From Alphaproteobacteria bacterium (lineage in GTDB: Bacteria; Pseudomonadota; Alphaproteobacteria; SP197), in contig CBDAUZ010000002.1 in the NCBI GenBank assembly GCA_965200745.1, forward strand, positions 199,165-263,164: a stretch of DNA of 64,000 nucleotides, given 5' to 3'. Under the pieces are notes generated by a model, which was not told the origin of the DNA, ran no database searches, and worked only from the letters and a program-made list of their open reading frames with translations. A program made the translations under genes and the position numbers. Shown here piece after piece: positions 29,539 through 39,253 of this stretch. Position 1 is the stretch's first letter; every line of letters begins with the position of its first letter.

Positions 29539-30089
29539 AGCGTCTCCTCAATTGGCGCATCCGGAGTTTTGACTTGAGGCGTGTCGCGTTTCAAGAATCG
29601 CAAGGGATAGTTCTTGGCTCAATCTGGAACAGACCGTGTCAGCCCACGGGCTTATGGCACGCGGCCTGACGGGGCACCGTGCAGGCACCCTTTCAGTTTT
29701 CGAAAACGAACCAACGGTCACCAGACAAGGTGGCCGTTGACCTTGTTACCACGTCAAAATGACTGCCGGGAAAGAAGAAAGAGTTCCCGAACTATCTCAC
29801 TTTGCCAACCATCAAACCGTGAAACAGTCCGGGCAGTTTACCGCCAATTACAGTGCGTTACCGTGGAACCCAACACGACGACGTGTGCCCGCCGTTGTTG
29901 TACACATTCGTTGCACAGGACCAGTCGGGTCTGCGCTATCGTGCGGCGGGTTGGTAATGCTGTCGGCAGTTGACTTCTGCACGCCGTTCCGGGGTGCACA
30001 GTCCGGTCTGGTTGAAGCCTCTGGACGCAGACTGGAAGGCCACGCTCACCCGCGAGGAGGCCCAAGTACTCGGCACTGCCAAACCGTAA

Positions 30090-30620
30090 TATTGCGACGG
30101 CGACCGGGCGCAACGGGAATTTGCCCGCAGTTCCTGCCCCGATGGCCGCATACGCCGCCGAATTGCCGCGATGGGTCAGGCGTGGCATCAGCATCCGGGC
30201 AAGCCCTTGCCGGTGATCTTTCCGCGTCCCGCAGATCAGAAGGCAGCCTATCGCCTGCTCTCGAACGAGAGGGTGAAGATGAAGCACATGTTCGAGTCGC
30301 ATTTTGAGGCGACGGTCGACCGCTGCCGGCAGGAGCGGTTTGTTCTGGCGATCCAGGACACGACGACGCTGAATTACACCAATTTGTTGACGACCCAGGG
30401 TCTCGACAAGTCCGGTGTGCGGACTCGCGGATACGCGATTACCCGGAACTCAGAAACTGTGTATCCCCTCTACCACTGTTCTGGTTGCTCCCGCTCTACA
30501 GCAAGAAACAAGGAAAACCACATGCCGTACAGTGCGCGGAATCAAGTCTGTCATATTGACAGCCCGGTATGCGGGTCGCGGATACGCTGTATTGTGTTCC
30601 TTCTGTATTGTCCGGTTTAA
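30090..30620 (+). mobile_element. Remnant of an IS4-family (IS50/Tn5-like) transposase gene. Only about the N-terminal 115 aa is recognisable, after which the reading frame degenerates; no intact IS.
   Basis: ...RIRRRIAAMGQAWHQHPGKPLPVIF..QKAAYRLLSNERVKMKHMFESHF...ERFVLAIQDTTTLNYT parallels Tn5 Tnp ...EGAYRFIRNPNVS...LLAIEDTTSLSY. Similarity is lost after about 30440. No DDE core. Followed by AT-rich DNA 30440-30730. Confidence 0.6.
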
Positions 30621-30731
30621 TTCAATTGGTCTGTTCGCTGGATATGACGTATCACAGTGATCAGCATTTATTGACGATCACCCGCTGTCAGCATGTCAGT
30701 TCAGGAGTGACACGATTGAACGGAGGAGAAC

Positions 30732-31424
30732 TTGCGCGACATACATGAACGGCTTGCCCGCGTGACAAGTGCAACCGTTTCCACGCAATTGTTCAAACGC
30801 GGATTTCGCTCAGTCTCGATTCACGGTATCGCGCCGTTGTCACCTGATCAGCCGACAATTGCCGGCCCTGTCTGGACCATGCGTTTCACGCCGTATCGTG
30901 AAGACCTCGTGGACCTTGATCACACGGCCAGCAGCAGAAGTGTCTTTCGCCAGACAATCGAGCATGCGCCGGCCGGATCAGTCGTTGTCGCCGAAACAGG
31001 TGGTGATCCCTCATCCGGTGTACTTGGCGATATCCTGTCGACCCGCCTTCGGCACCGCGGTGTTGCCGGGCTCGTGACCGATGGAACAGTACGCGACGTC
31101 AACGGTATTCTGGCAAGCGGATTTCCTGTCGTTTGTCGTGGTGGCGCAGCACCGGCAAGTGTCGTGAACTTCTATGAAGCAGGTCACAGCGAAATCATAA
31201 ACTGCGGCGGCGTAACCATCCTTCCTGGCGACAGCATCATCGCCGATTGCGATGGCGCCGTGGTAATCCCGGCATCGATTCTCGAACCGGTTGTCCAGGC
31301 CTGCGAGGAACAGGAAGCCTACGAAGCGTGGGCCCTTGCACAGGTCAAGTCTGGTCGAAGTGTGCTTGAAGTCTATCCGGGCACGGACGAATCGCGAGAG
31401 GAATTCAGGTCCAGTCGCCTGTAG
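30732..31424 (+). CDS. RraA-family protein (RraA / 4-hydroxy-4-methyl-2-oxoglutarate aldolase / oxaloacetate decarboxylase family).
   Basis: 230 aa. RraA/MenG-fold motifs (GDILSTRLRHRGVAGLVTDGTVRD, ...VIPAS...). Confidence 0.8.
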   Translation: MRDIHERLARVTSATVSTQLFKRGFRSVSIHGIAPLSPDQPTIAGPVWTMRFTPYREDLVDLDHTASSRSVFRQTIEHAPAGSVVVAETGGDPSSGVLGDILSTRLRHRGVAGLVTDGTVRDVNGILASGFPVVCRGGAAPASVVNFYEAGHSEIINCGGVTILPGDSIIADCDGAVVIPASILEPVVQACEEQEAYEAWALAQVKSGRSVLEVYPGTDESREEFRSSRL

Positions 31425-31477
31425 CGTGCCCCGACCGCTCGCCCGGCTGTTTGCAGGCGCCCGGCGAGGAACTGCCC

Positions 31478-32728
31478 TCAACCAATCGCAATCAATTCCA
31501 GCGGCGTTTCCGAGAGTATGCGGGTGCCGTCATGGCCGTACACGAGCGTGTCGATCAGATGGGTATCAAAAAGGCTTTCGTAGTTGGTCACCATGTTTTC
31601 CTGAAATACCCGATCGAGATACTTGTCATCGCCAGTATGAAAATAGAAGTCGCCCACCCAGTCCGGCGGCAAAGAGAGGCCCAGTTCATAACCCAGGCCC
31701 CAGCCACCGGTTTCGGTCCACAGTCCGGTGTCTACATAGTACTGCCGTAACAACGCATTGACCTCACCGACCGTCATCCCTGCCTTCACCTGATTGCGAA
31801 AGATCTCGAAGCTGCCAGCGGAGAGGACGTAGCGCTCCGCGAGGCGTTCAGGCGGATTACTGCCGACAAAGTAGCCGCGCAGTGCATTTGCGTGATATCG
31901 GTTGTAGACCCCGCAGAGGTCGGCACAGAGAATCTCGCCTTCGGCGATAACCTTGCGGCCAGCCATTGTGTGTCCGCTCGACATCGGCACGCCATCGACA
32001 ACGGGTGCCGTGTTGAAAATCGGAATCAACGCCGAGAACTCGCCGCCGGCAGCCATCATCGCCGCCATTACTTTCCCGAACAATGTCAGTTCGGTCATAC
32101 CGGGTTCAAGGTTTTCCATGATCGCCTTGTGTCCGATATCACAGATCTGCATCGCCCTTTCGATACAGGCGATTTCTTCAGGCGACTTTACACGTCGTGC
32201 CTGGCGTACAAGGGCACTTGAATCGCGCGGTCGACAACCGTTTGCAAGAAACGCTCCTTCAAACATGACGCTGATCGCGCGGTTCGGGAGATAACTCCAG
32301 TGTTCCATGCCAATGACACCTGAAAGCCAGCCCTCCCTCTCGAGCTCTGACATGACGAAGTGAATGTTCGGCTCGGCTTCCCGGTCCGGGAGGTATCGAT
32401 TGTCACTTGAGCAGGATGTCGCAGCCAGAACGGGTTCTTCTGTCGGATTGTCGAAATGGATGAATCGCCGCTCCCGTATGTTGACCGCCGTTCCATAACA
32501 CTGCGGATAACGCATCGGCCCCTGACCCTTGTACCAGGATGCCGTGAATCCGTGCAGCCATGCGATACCTTCCGGCGACGTGATCCAGAGCAGTTCAAAC
32601 CCTTCGTTCGCGCCAAGTTCAATGAGGCAATTCAGGCGCCTTGAATACTCCTGTTCGGTGAACGGCAGGGTGACGTCCGGCATGTATGCAGAATCAAAAT
32701 ACCCCGGTACGAGGCCTGTACGCGTCAT
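31478..32728 (-). CDS. M24-family creatinase/Xaa-Pro-peptidase-fold hydrolase (creatinase / ectoine-hydrolase-like amidinohydrolase).
   Basis: Creatinase_N-like N-terminal domain plus pita-bread M24 C-terminal domain. Start ATG 32728 (MTRTGLVPGYF...) overlaps the upstream PhyH gene stop (ATGA). The ORF track starts earlier at 32851. Confidence 0.8.
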   Translation of the reverse strand: MTRTGLVPGYFDSAYMPDVTLPFTEQEYSRRLNCLIELGANEGFELLWITSPEGIAWLHGFTASWYKGQGPMRYPQCYGTAVNIRERRFIHFDNPTEEPVLAATSCSSDNRYLPDREAEPNIHFVMSELEREGWLSGVIGMEHWSYLPNRAISVMFEGAFLANGCRPRDSSALVRQARRVKSPEEIACIERAMQICDIGHKAIMENLEPGMTELTLFGKVMAAMMAAGGEFSALIPIFNTAPVVDGVPMSSGHTMAGRKVIAEGEILCADLCGVYNRYHANALRGYFVGSNPPERLAERYVLSAGSFEIFRNQVKAGMTVGEVNALLRQYYVDTGLWTETGGWGLGYELGLSLPPDWVGDFYFHTGDDKYLDRVFQENMVTNYESLFDTHLIDTLVYGHDGTRILSETPLELIAIG

Positions 32729-33600
32729 GACGTATTCCCGAACAGTTCGACACGTCCGTCTATAGAAACTGACGGACACAGGATGCTTTGCAATGAATCT
32801 CCCGGGTGCAGGCCAATTGCATCGAATTCGGGCAGCAAGTCCGGGTTGCAACCGGCCAGTCTGTCGGTCAACCGGGAATCAAGACCCAACCATTGTGCGG
32901 AAACCGAACGGCGTCCGAGCCCGTTCGGCAGGCTCCCGGAGCCACCATGAACCGTCATCCCGTGAAAGACCAGAACATCGCCCGGCTCCATGCACCACTT
33001 GAGTATCTCGAATGACTTCTCGTCAGCGTTCGCAATGCCCTCAATTGGCGTGAAATCCTCGTACTGCTGTTCCAGGGCGCCACCAAGATTTTCCTGCTCG
33101 AAATGTGCAAGCTCCAGCGGTCTGTCCCAGAGATGGGAACCTCTTACAAACTCGAGTTCCGTTCCTGCCGGCACCGGATCAAGTGATGTCCAGACGCTCA
33201 ACGCACACGGTCCACTGGCACACCAATACGGTTGGTCCTGATGCCAGGGTGTTCGTGACCCTGTTCCGGACGACCGCACAAAGACCGACAGGTAGAAGGC
33301 GAGAGCCGTTGTCCTGCGCATCAGTGCCGCTGCAATCGGGCCGACCGGCGACATGGTCATGTAACGCATGAAACCTGGCCGCCCATTCACCAGGGATGCA
33401 TCGTAGAAAATGTGATCGCCGGTCGCCGCGTCGTTGACCCAGTCCACATGATGGCGCCCGGGTTCGTTCAACGTGTCCGCGACGGCCCGCTCCAGTTCGC
33501 TCAACCAGTCATCGCTGAGGACGCATTTCAACATGACGACTCCGTCTTGCTCAAACCTGGCGATGTCCTCGGATGTCACGGGAAATTGTTCAGCATTCAT
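32725..33600 (-). CDS. Phytanoyl-CoA dioxygenase (PhyH)-family Fe(II)/2-oxoglutarate-dependent hydroxylase (EctD-like fold).
   Basis: HQDQPYW (H-x-D facial triad) and downstream His. Start at MNAEQFPV (ATG 33600) with an AAGGAGA SD. Confidence 0.8.
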   Translation of the reverse strand: MNAEQFPVTSEDIARFEQDGVVMLKCVLSDDWLSELERAVADTLNEPGRHHVDWVNDAATGDHIFYDASLVNGRPGFMRYMTMSPVGPIAAALMRRTTALAFYLSVFVRSSGTGSRTPWHQDQPYWCASGPCALSVWTSLDPVPAGTELEFVRGSHLWDRPLELAHFEQENLGGALEQQYEDFTPIEGIANADEKSFEILKWCMEPGDVLVFHGMTVHGGSGSLPNGLGRRSVSAQWLGLDSRLTDRLAGCNPDLLPEFDAIGLHPGDSLQSILCPSVSIDGRVELFGNTS

Positions 33601-33665
33601 CGTGACAGCGTCTCCTTGTTGGCGGCGACTTGACGAACAACCCGAAACCGAAAAAACCAAGACCC

Positions 33666-34235
33666 TTACATGGACACATCGAAGCTCTGATAGGTCCGGC
33701 TGGTCTTGTCATACATCAATCGACCCTTCAGTTGCTCGAATGAACGTCCGTAGAGGTGCAGATGCATGTTGTAGACACCCTCTTCCATGTGAATTGAATG
33801 AAATTCATCCGGCATGAGCGCTACACCGGCGTTCTTCTCGACCCGTACCTCGCGTGCAATCTTGAGGGGGGCGACACCGGCGTCTCCGCCATCTCCTTCA
33901 TAAACCTTGTTGAGTTCAAGTCCGCGAATGCCAACGACAACCGCCCAGGTGGTATGATTGTGCGGAGGCGTCGTCACGTACTTGTTCGCAACTTCGATGT
34001 AGAGCTCGTAGCGACCATCATCATCAACTGAAAGAACCTTGAAAACCTCTCCACCGGATTCATCGGAAATCGGGTAATCCTCCACCGGGAACAACTCGGT
34101 CCTCGCACCCAGCGCAATCATGACGTCGCGAATGTCCTGAAGGGATTCGTGTGTGATTCCTCGTTCTGCTTCTATGGCCCGAACCTGTGACAATGCGCTT
34201 TCGATTGCCCGGTCGCGTTCCGATGAAAGTGTCAT
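33666..34235 (-). CDS. Cupin-fold protein, cysteine-dioxygenase-type-I-like (3-His thiol dioxygenase-like).
   Basis: PHNHTTWAVVVGIRG ... EFHSIHMEEG are cupin His motifs. Start ATG 34235 with GGAGGAG SD. The longer ORF from 34355 lacks an SD. Confidence 0.6.
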   Translation of the reverse strand: MTLSSERDRAIESALSQVRAIEAERGITHESLQDIRDVMIALGARTELFPVEDYPISDESGGEVFKVLSVDDDGRYELYIEVANKYVTTPPHNHTTWAVVVGIRGLELNKVYEGDGGDAGVAPLKIAREVRVEKNAGVALMPDEFHSIHMEEGVYNMHLHLYGRSFEQLKGRLMYDKTSRTYQSFDVSM

Positions 34236-34338
34236 GTTCTCCTCCGTTTTCGCCTTCCCAGTCGACCGCGTGGTCGTCATGAACTCTTGCACGATGGTAC
34301 GAAGTGGCAGGACCAACGCAACACGTTTGCTGTCCGGT

Positions 34339-35160
34339 TCACCGCCAACGTTCACGCGGTGTGCGCAGTTTGTCGTCTTCCACGAGATCTTTCACACATT
34401 CGGTGATGAGTTCTGCCCATGATCGCGCGTCGGCAGGCGATTGAACGAGGTCCTGTCGAATCTCGAACTGGAAGTGTGCCAGACCGCGACGCATGGCGTG
34501 CTCGGGAATCGTGTAGTCAATCCCCAGATCGAGTCCGTATGGCTCGTTGTCGCCGACAACCAGTGACCGGCGTGCATCCAGTCGCTCCAGAACAATCCGG
34601 GCAATACGATCATCCTGTGTCCAGCACACCGTGAATTCCTGCTTTCGGCGCGGTTGACCACGCATCTGTGGCGTCATCGTGTGTACCGAAATGACGACTG
34701 GTGAAATTGCGGCGTCCGCGAACCGCTGGATCGCCGTTTCTATGGCCGCGTGATAGGGACGCCATACATCCGAGATGCGCGCCGTCCTGTCTGTTTCGCC
34801 CAGTTCACTGTTTCCCGGAACCACAATCCCGTCACTGACCGACAGGATTGAATCAGGATCGTGCGTGTATCGATTGCAGTCGATGACAAGTCGTGAGTAG
34901 CTTGCCAGGATCGCAGGTGCGTTCAGTCCATTCGCAAGTTCCTGTGCGACGGCTTGCGCACCGATGTCCCAGGCCATGTGTTCTCGCAAGTGATCTTCGC
35001 TCAGTCCGAGCTGTGCCAGGGCGGCGGGTATGACATTCGATGCGTGATCGCAAACGATCAGACAGGGCGCACCACCGTCTGCGTTGAACTGGACAAACGG
35101 CGGTGGATCAGAATTTTCGGACAACACCGGACTACCAGCCCGCGAACTGCGCGACATCAT
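34339..35160 (-). CDS. N-formylglutamate amidohydrolase (FGase, PF05013)-family hydrolase.
   Basis: 273 aa. LIVCDHASNVIP..., ...VISVHTMTP... are FGase-family segments. Start overlaps the 3' end of the upstream aminotransferase by 29 nt. Confidence 0.7.
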   Translation of the reverse strand: MMSRSSRAGSPVLSENSDPPPFVQFNADGGAPCLIVCDHASNVIPAALAQLGLSEDHLREHMAWDIGAQAVAQELANGLNAPAILASYSRLVIDCNRYTHDPDSILSVSDGIVVPGNSELGETDRTARISDVWRPYHAAIETAIQRFADAAISPVVISVHTMTPQMRGQPRRKQEFTVCWTQDDRIARIVLERLDARRSLVVGDNEPYGLDLGIDYTIPEHAMRRGLAHFQFEIRQDLVQSPADARSWAELITECVKDLVEDDKLRTPRERWR

Positions 35161-36451
35161 CGTCGCTCACACGTCCTTGTTCCACGTCGTCGATGGCCTG
35201 CACAAGAATCTCGCCGGCGGTGCGTGCCTCGTCCTCACTCAGCGTCAGAGGTGGCGTGAGTTCCGGAACGTTGGAATGCAGTCCGACATAGGTCAGGAAC
35301 ACGCCAAGTTCATACGCCCGATAAACAACCTTGGCCGCCTCGGATGTGGCCGGTGATCTGGAATTGCGATCACGAACCAGTTCAATACCGATTGCGAGTC
35401 CCCGACCGCGTACGTCACCGATCAATGGATGACGGTCTTGCTGATCACGCAGGTAATTGACGATCTGTCTGCCGCGCGCCTGTGCGTTTACGGCAAGATT
35501 CTCTCGTTCCAGTGTTTCGAGAACAGCCTTCGCCACCGTCGCCGAAACCGAGTTTCCGGTCGTCGTGATCAGTGCAAAGGCACTCTGGAAATCCATGACT
35601 GCGCACGGTGCAATGACAGCCGAGACAGGTACACCGCTGCCCAAACCCTTGCCGAGCACAACGACGTCCGGAACAAAACCCTCAGCCAGATAACAGTGCA
35701 TGACTCCAGGTCGGCCGAGACCGACCTTCACCTCGTCGCTGACGATCAGAATCCCGTGTTGACGGCAACGCCGCGCAAGTTCACGGAGAAACCCGTCCGG
35801 AGGCACAATCATCCCGCCGTCGGACTGCAGCGGCTCAATGAAGATTGCACCGATATCAGAGGGATCGACGGCACTGCTGAACAGGAAGTCAAGGTACGTG
35901 AGTACATCCTCACCGGGATTGTTCTGCGACAACGGGCGGTATGGGTTCGGGTACGGCAATTGCAGCAACCCCGCGGACGGCAAGGCGTGTTGCTGTGACG
36001 GGTGGCTCGAGATCGACATGGAGCCTGCAACACCGCCATGATAGGCTCCGAAGAAACTCAGGAACCTGCGGCGTCCCGTAGCTGCGGCGATGGTGCGCAT
36101 CGCCGTGTCGTTCGCATCAGAACCACTGTGCCCAAGCCAGACCTTGTGATCGCGGGCCTCCGGAATGATCGACAAGAGGTGTTCCGCCAGCGAAACAGCT
36201 GCTTCCGACGAACCGAACAGGTCCGCTGCGTTGGCATACTCCTCGAGACCGCGCTGCGCCGCTTCAACCACCGCAGGATGTCGATAACCCAGGGATGCCG
36301 CGCCTGCCGCACCGGACATGTCAAGAACCCTGCGGCCGTCCTCTTCAATCAGGTAGTTGCCGATGCCGCCACGAATTGTCAGCGGGCAGGTCCGGAGCTT
36401 GCCGATGTTCGCCATGGACCTGGCATCGCGTTCGATGAGCGAATTCACCAT
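35132..36451 (-). CDS. Class-III (omega) aminotransferase, PLP-dependent.
   Basis: SGSDANDTA, DEVKVGLGRPG (catalytic Lys region), LGKGLGSG, IGDVRGRGL. Start ATG 36451 with AGGAGAA SD. Confidence 0.85.
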   Translation of the reverse strand: MVNSLIERDARSMANIGKLRTCPLTIRGGIGNYLIEEDGRRVLDMSGAAGAASLGYRHPAVVEAAQRGLEEYANAADLFGSSEAAVSLAEHLLSIIPEARDHKVWLGHSGSDANDTAMRTIAAATGRRRFLSFFGAYHGGVAGSMSISSHPSQQHALPSAGLLQLPYPNPYRPLSQNNPGEDVLTYLDFLFSSAVDPSDIGAIFIEPLQSDGGMIVPPDGFLRELARRCRQHGILIVSDEVKVGLGRPGVMHCYLAEGFVPDVVVLGKGLGSGVPVSAVIAPCAVMDFQSAFALITTTGNSVSATVAKAVLETLERENLAVNAQARGRQIVNYLRDQQDRHPLIGDVRGRGLAIGIELVRDRNSRSPATSEAAKVVYRAYELGVFLTYVGLHSNVPELTPPLTLSEDEARTAGEILVQAIDDVEQGRVSDDDVAQFAGW

Positions 36452-36461
36452 GCCTGTTCTC

Positions 36462-37346
36462 CTATCGAATTGCCTCACGGCGACCAAGCAAGCCTTCAGG
36501 TCGAACCAGAAGCAGGAGAATCACAAGTGTCAGTGTGATCGACTCGCGAAACGGTAACCAGGCGTCGGGCAGGAATGCCCGCAAGGTCACCTCGATGAAT
36601 GCAAGCGCAAATCCGCCCACGACCGCACCGGAAAGACTGCCCAATCCGCCAAGAACCACCGCAATGAACGCCTTCAGGACAGGCAGGAATCCCATGAGCG
36701 GGTCGACAGATCCGCGTTGCGCGAGCCAGAGTACGCCAGCCACGCCGGCAAGTAATCCGGATATGCCGAATGCGGTTGCAATGACGGCGTTGGCATTGAT
36801 TCCCATCAGGCGTGTCACCGGAAAATCGAGTGCCGCGGCACGCATGGCCAGTCCGAGAATGGAACGTTTGAGAAACACCGTCAGGGCAAACAACAGCAAT
36901 GCCGTCGCCGAGATCGAAAGCGCCTGAATGACACCGATGCTCAATCCTCCGATCTCGATTGCACCGATCATCCACGAGGGAACCGGGATCGCTCTCGGGC
37001 GGGCCGAAATGAGATTCTGAAACAACATGTGAAGGATTGTGCTGACCGCAAAGCTGGTAAGCAGCATGGTCGCGGTATTGGCGTTTCGAACGGGTCGAAA
37101 GGCAATCCGCTCCATCAGAACGGCTGATATGGTCGCAAGCGCGATGCCCAGGGCAACCGCCGCCGCGAACCCGAGGCCGGCGCCAATGGCAAAGAACATC
37201 GTGTAACCCGTGATCGTCATCAGTTCGCCATGCGCGAAGTTGATGAGACCGAGTACGGAAAAGACCATGGCGAGCCCCAACGCCAGCAGCGCATAGGTGC
37301 CGCCAAGCGACAAGGCGTTCACGAATTGCTGAAACAGGATTTCCAA
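36462..37346 (-). CDS. Branched-chain-amino-acid-type ABC transporter permease (LivH-like).
   Basis: 294 aa. Polytopic LivH-family permease (GLINFAHGELMTITGY...). Confidence 0.85.
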   Translation of the reverse strand: MEILFQQFVNALSLGGTYALLALGLAMVFSVLGLINFAHGELMTITGYTMFFAIGAGLGFAAAVALGIALATISAVLMERIAFRPVRNANTATMLLTSFAVSTILHMLFQNLISARPRAIPVPSWMIGAIEIGGLSIGVIQALSISATALLLFALTVFLKRSILGLAMRAAALDFPVTRLMGINANAVIATAFGISGLLAGVAGVLWLAQRGSVDPLMGFLPVLKAFIAVVLGGLGSLSGAVVGGFALAFIEVTLRAFLPDAWLPFRESITLTLVILLLLVRPEGLLGRREAIR

Positions 37347-37355
37347 CGCGTGACC

Positions 37356-38087
37356 TCAGTGAACCCCGAGATAGGCGTGTTCAATTTCCGTTGACTGGCG
37401 CAACTCTGCAGCACTGCCAGACAACCGGATGGCGCCCGTACTCAGGACATATCCACGGTCGGCGATCTCGAGTGCCAGATCGACATTCTGTTCGACGAGA
37501 AGAATCGTCACGCCGCGTTGCTTCAATTGAACAATTAGATCGAAGATTGTCTCAACGACCTGCGGCGCCAGCCCGAGAGACGGTTCGTCGAGAAGGAGAA
37601 TTCGGGGACCCGACATCATGGCGCGGGCAAGCGCCAGCATCTGCTGCTCCCCGCCTGACAGTGTTCCGGCGACCTGTTCCCGCCTCTCGGAGAGAATGGG
37701 AAACAGGCCGAGCATGTCGGCCCTGAGGCTGTCCTCTTCACCACCCTTGCCACGAGTCAGTGCGGCACCGATTGCCAGATTTTCAAGTACAGTCAGGTTC
37801 GAAAATATTCGCCGTCCTTCAGGACATAATGTCATGCCACGCCGGACGATCTTCTCCGGCGGCAAGCCCGTCACATTATCCTGTTCAAGATAAACCGAGC
37901 CCGACTGCACCGGCACAAGTCCCATGATGGCATTGAGATACGAACTCTTCCCGGCACCATTGGCGCCGAGAAGAGTTACGATCTCACCCTTACCGATGAC
38001 GAGGCTCGCGCCTCGCACTGCTTCTACCGGTCCGTATCGGACGACAAGATCCTCAACGGAGAGCAGATGCGTCGCATCAGTTATCAC
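37356..38087 (-). CDS. ABC transporter ATP-binding protein (LivF-like).
   Basis: Walker A GANGAGKSS, signature LSGGEQQML, Walker B ILLLDEPSLGL. Confidence 0.9.
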   Translation of the reverse strand: MITDATHLLSVEDLVVRYGPVEAVRGASLVIGKGEIVTLLGANGAGKSSYLNAIMGLVPVQSGSVYLEQDNVTGLPPEKIVRRGMTLCPEGRRIFSNLTVLENLAIGAALTRGKGGEEDSLRADMLGLFPILSERREQVAGTLSGGEQQMLALARAMMSGPRILLLDEPSLGLAPQVVETIFDLIVQLKQRGVTILLVEQNVDLALEIADRGYVLSTGAIRLSGSAAELRQSTEIEHAYLGVH

Positions 38088-39253
38088 GGAGCCGGAATCG
38101 AAGCGGGATCCGGGGAAAAGTCACCGACATGGGCGCGTTCACCATTCGAGACCATGTTCAGGGCAACAACCCGGACCGGAACACGATTCTGGTCCTTGTA
38201 GGTGATGGAACCCGTTGCAACCTCGACATTCTCGAGATTGTCCCACGCATCGCGAATATCCGAACCCATGGTTGAACCTGCTGCCTCGATCGCCGCGGCA
38301 ATAACCATCATGAGGTCATACCCGGTTGCCGTGAAAATCGTGTCGTTCTTTTCGCCGTACTTGGCTTCATATGCCATCTCGTATGCTTCGAGTGCACTGC
38401 CCGGGGAGGCAAAACCCGCATTCGAGAAAACAACCCCTTCGGCAACTTCGCCAAGACCAAATGTTGTCGGTGAATCAATTCCGTCACTGCCGAGAACGGG
38501 TGTGGTGATTCCTGCCGCCCGCAACTGCTTGAGGAATGCCGGAAAGTCCGGCTCATAAGCCGACGTCTGGATCACGTCCGGCTGGGGATCGAGGCCCTTG
38601 ATGTTCGTGACCTCGGCAGAGAAGTCCTGTTGCCCCATCGTGTACTCGCCAACGGCAACGACGTTTCCACCCGCATTCTCGAATGCTTCGGCGAAATACT
38701 CGGGCAATTTCTCCGTATAGGGCGTATCGCGTGACAGAAGCACATAGGCATTTTCGTAGCCTTGCTCGCGTGCATACTGCGCCAGAACAGCACCCTGGAT
38801 ATTGTCAGCCGTGTAGTTCGAGAACATGTACGGACCAACGGCCGCCGGCAGCGTTGGTGTCGACGCACACGAACTCGCGGCAGGAATCTCCGATGCCTGT
38901 GCGATCACGCCTGATGCCACCGCGGGGTCCACGTCACATGAAACAATCATCGCGACAACGCCCTCGTCAACGAGCTCCTGCGCAACTGTCGCGGCTTGCG
39001 CTGTGTCGGAGCGCGTATCCTTGACGATCAGTTCCACTGGCATGCCCATGATGCCGCCTGCTGCGTTGATCTCGTCAACAGCGAGCTGGACACCCTTGAG
39101 CGATGGCTGGTCGTATGGTGCCAGATAACCGGTGAACCCACCGGCGTACCCGATCTTGAGGCCATGGCCATCCGCCAGCCCTGTTCCAGTCATGCCCATC
39201 GTGCCTGCAACGAACGCAGCAGCGATGACCATCCGGTTTAAAACATGTCTCAC
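38084..39253 (-). CDS. ABC transporter periplasmic substrate-binding protein (LivJ/LivK-type, amino acid / amide / urea-like ligand).
   Basis: 389 aa. Signal peptide (MRHVLNRMVIAAAFVAGTMGMTG), type-I PBP fold. Start overlaps the livMG-fusion stop. Confidence 0.85.
   Translation of the reverse strand: MRHVLNRMVIAAAFVAGTMGMTGTGLADGHGLKIGYAGGFTGYLAPYDQPSLKGVQLAVDEINAAGGIMGMPVELIVKDTRSDTAQAATVAQELVDEGVVAMIVSCDVDPAVASGVIAQASEIPAASSCASTPTLPAAVGPYMFSNYTADNIQGAVLAQYAREQGYENAYVLLSRDTPYTEKLPEYFAEAFENAGGNVVAVGEYTMGQQDFSAEVTNIKGLDPQPDVIQTSAYEPDFPAFLKQLRAAGITTPVLGSDGIDSPTTFGLGEVAEGVVFSNAGFASPGSALEAYEMAYEAKYGEKNDTIFTATGYDLMMVIAAAIEAAGSTMGSDIRDAWDNLENVEVATGSITYKDQNRVPVRVVALNMVSNGERAHVGDFSPDPASIPAP

Noticed and set aside
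35429-35998. 189-aa + ORF
   Set aside because: Antisense to the class-III aminotransferase gene.
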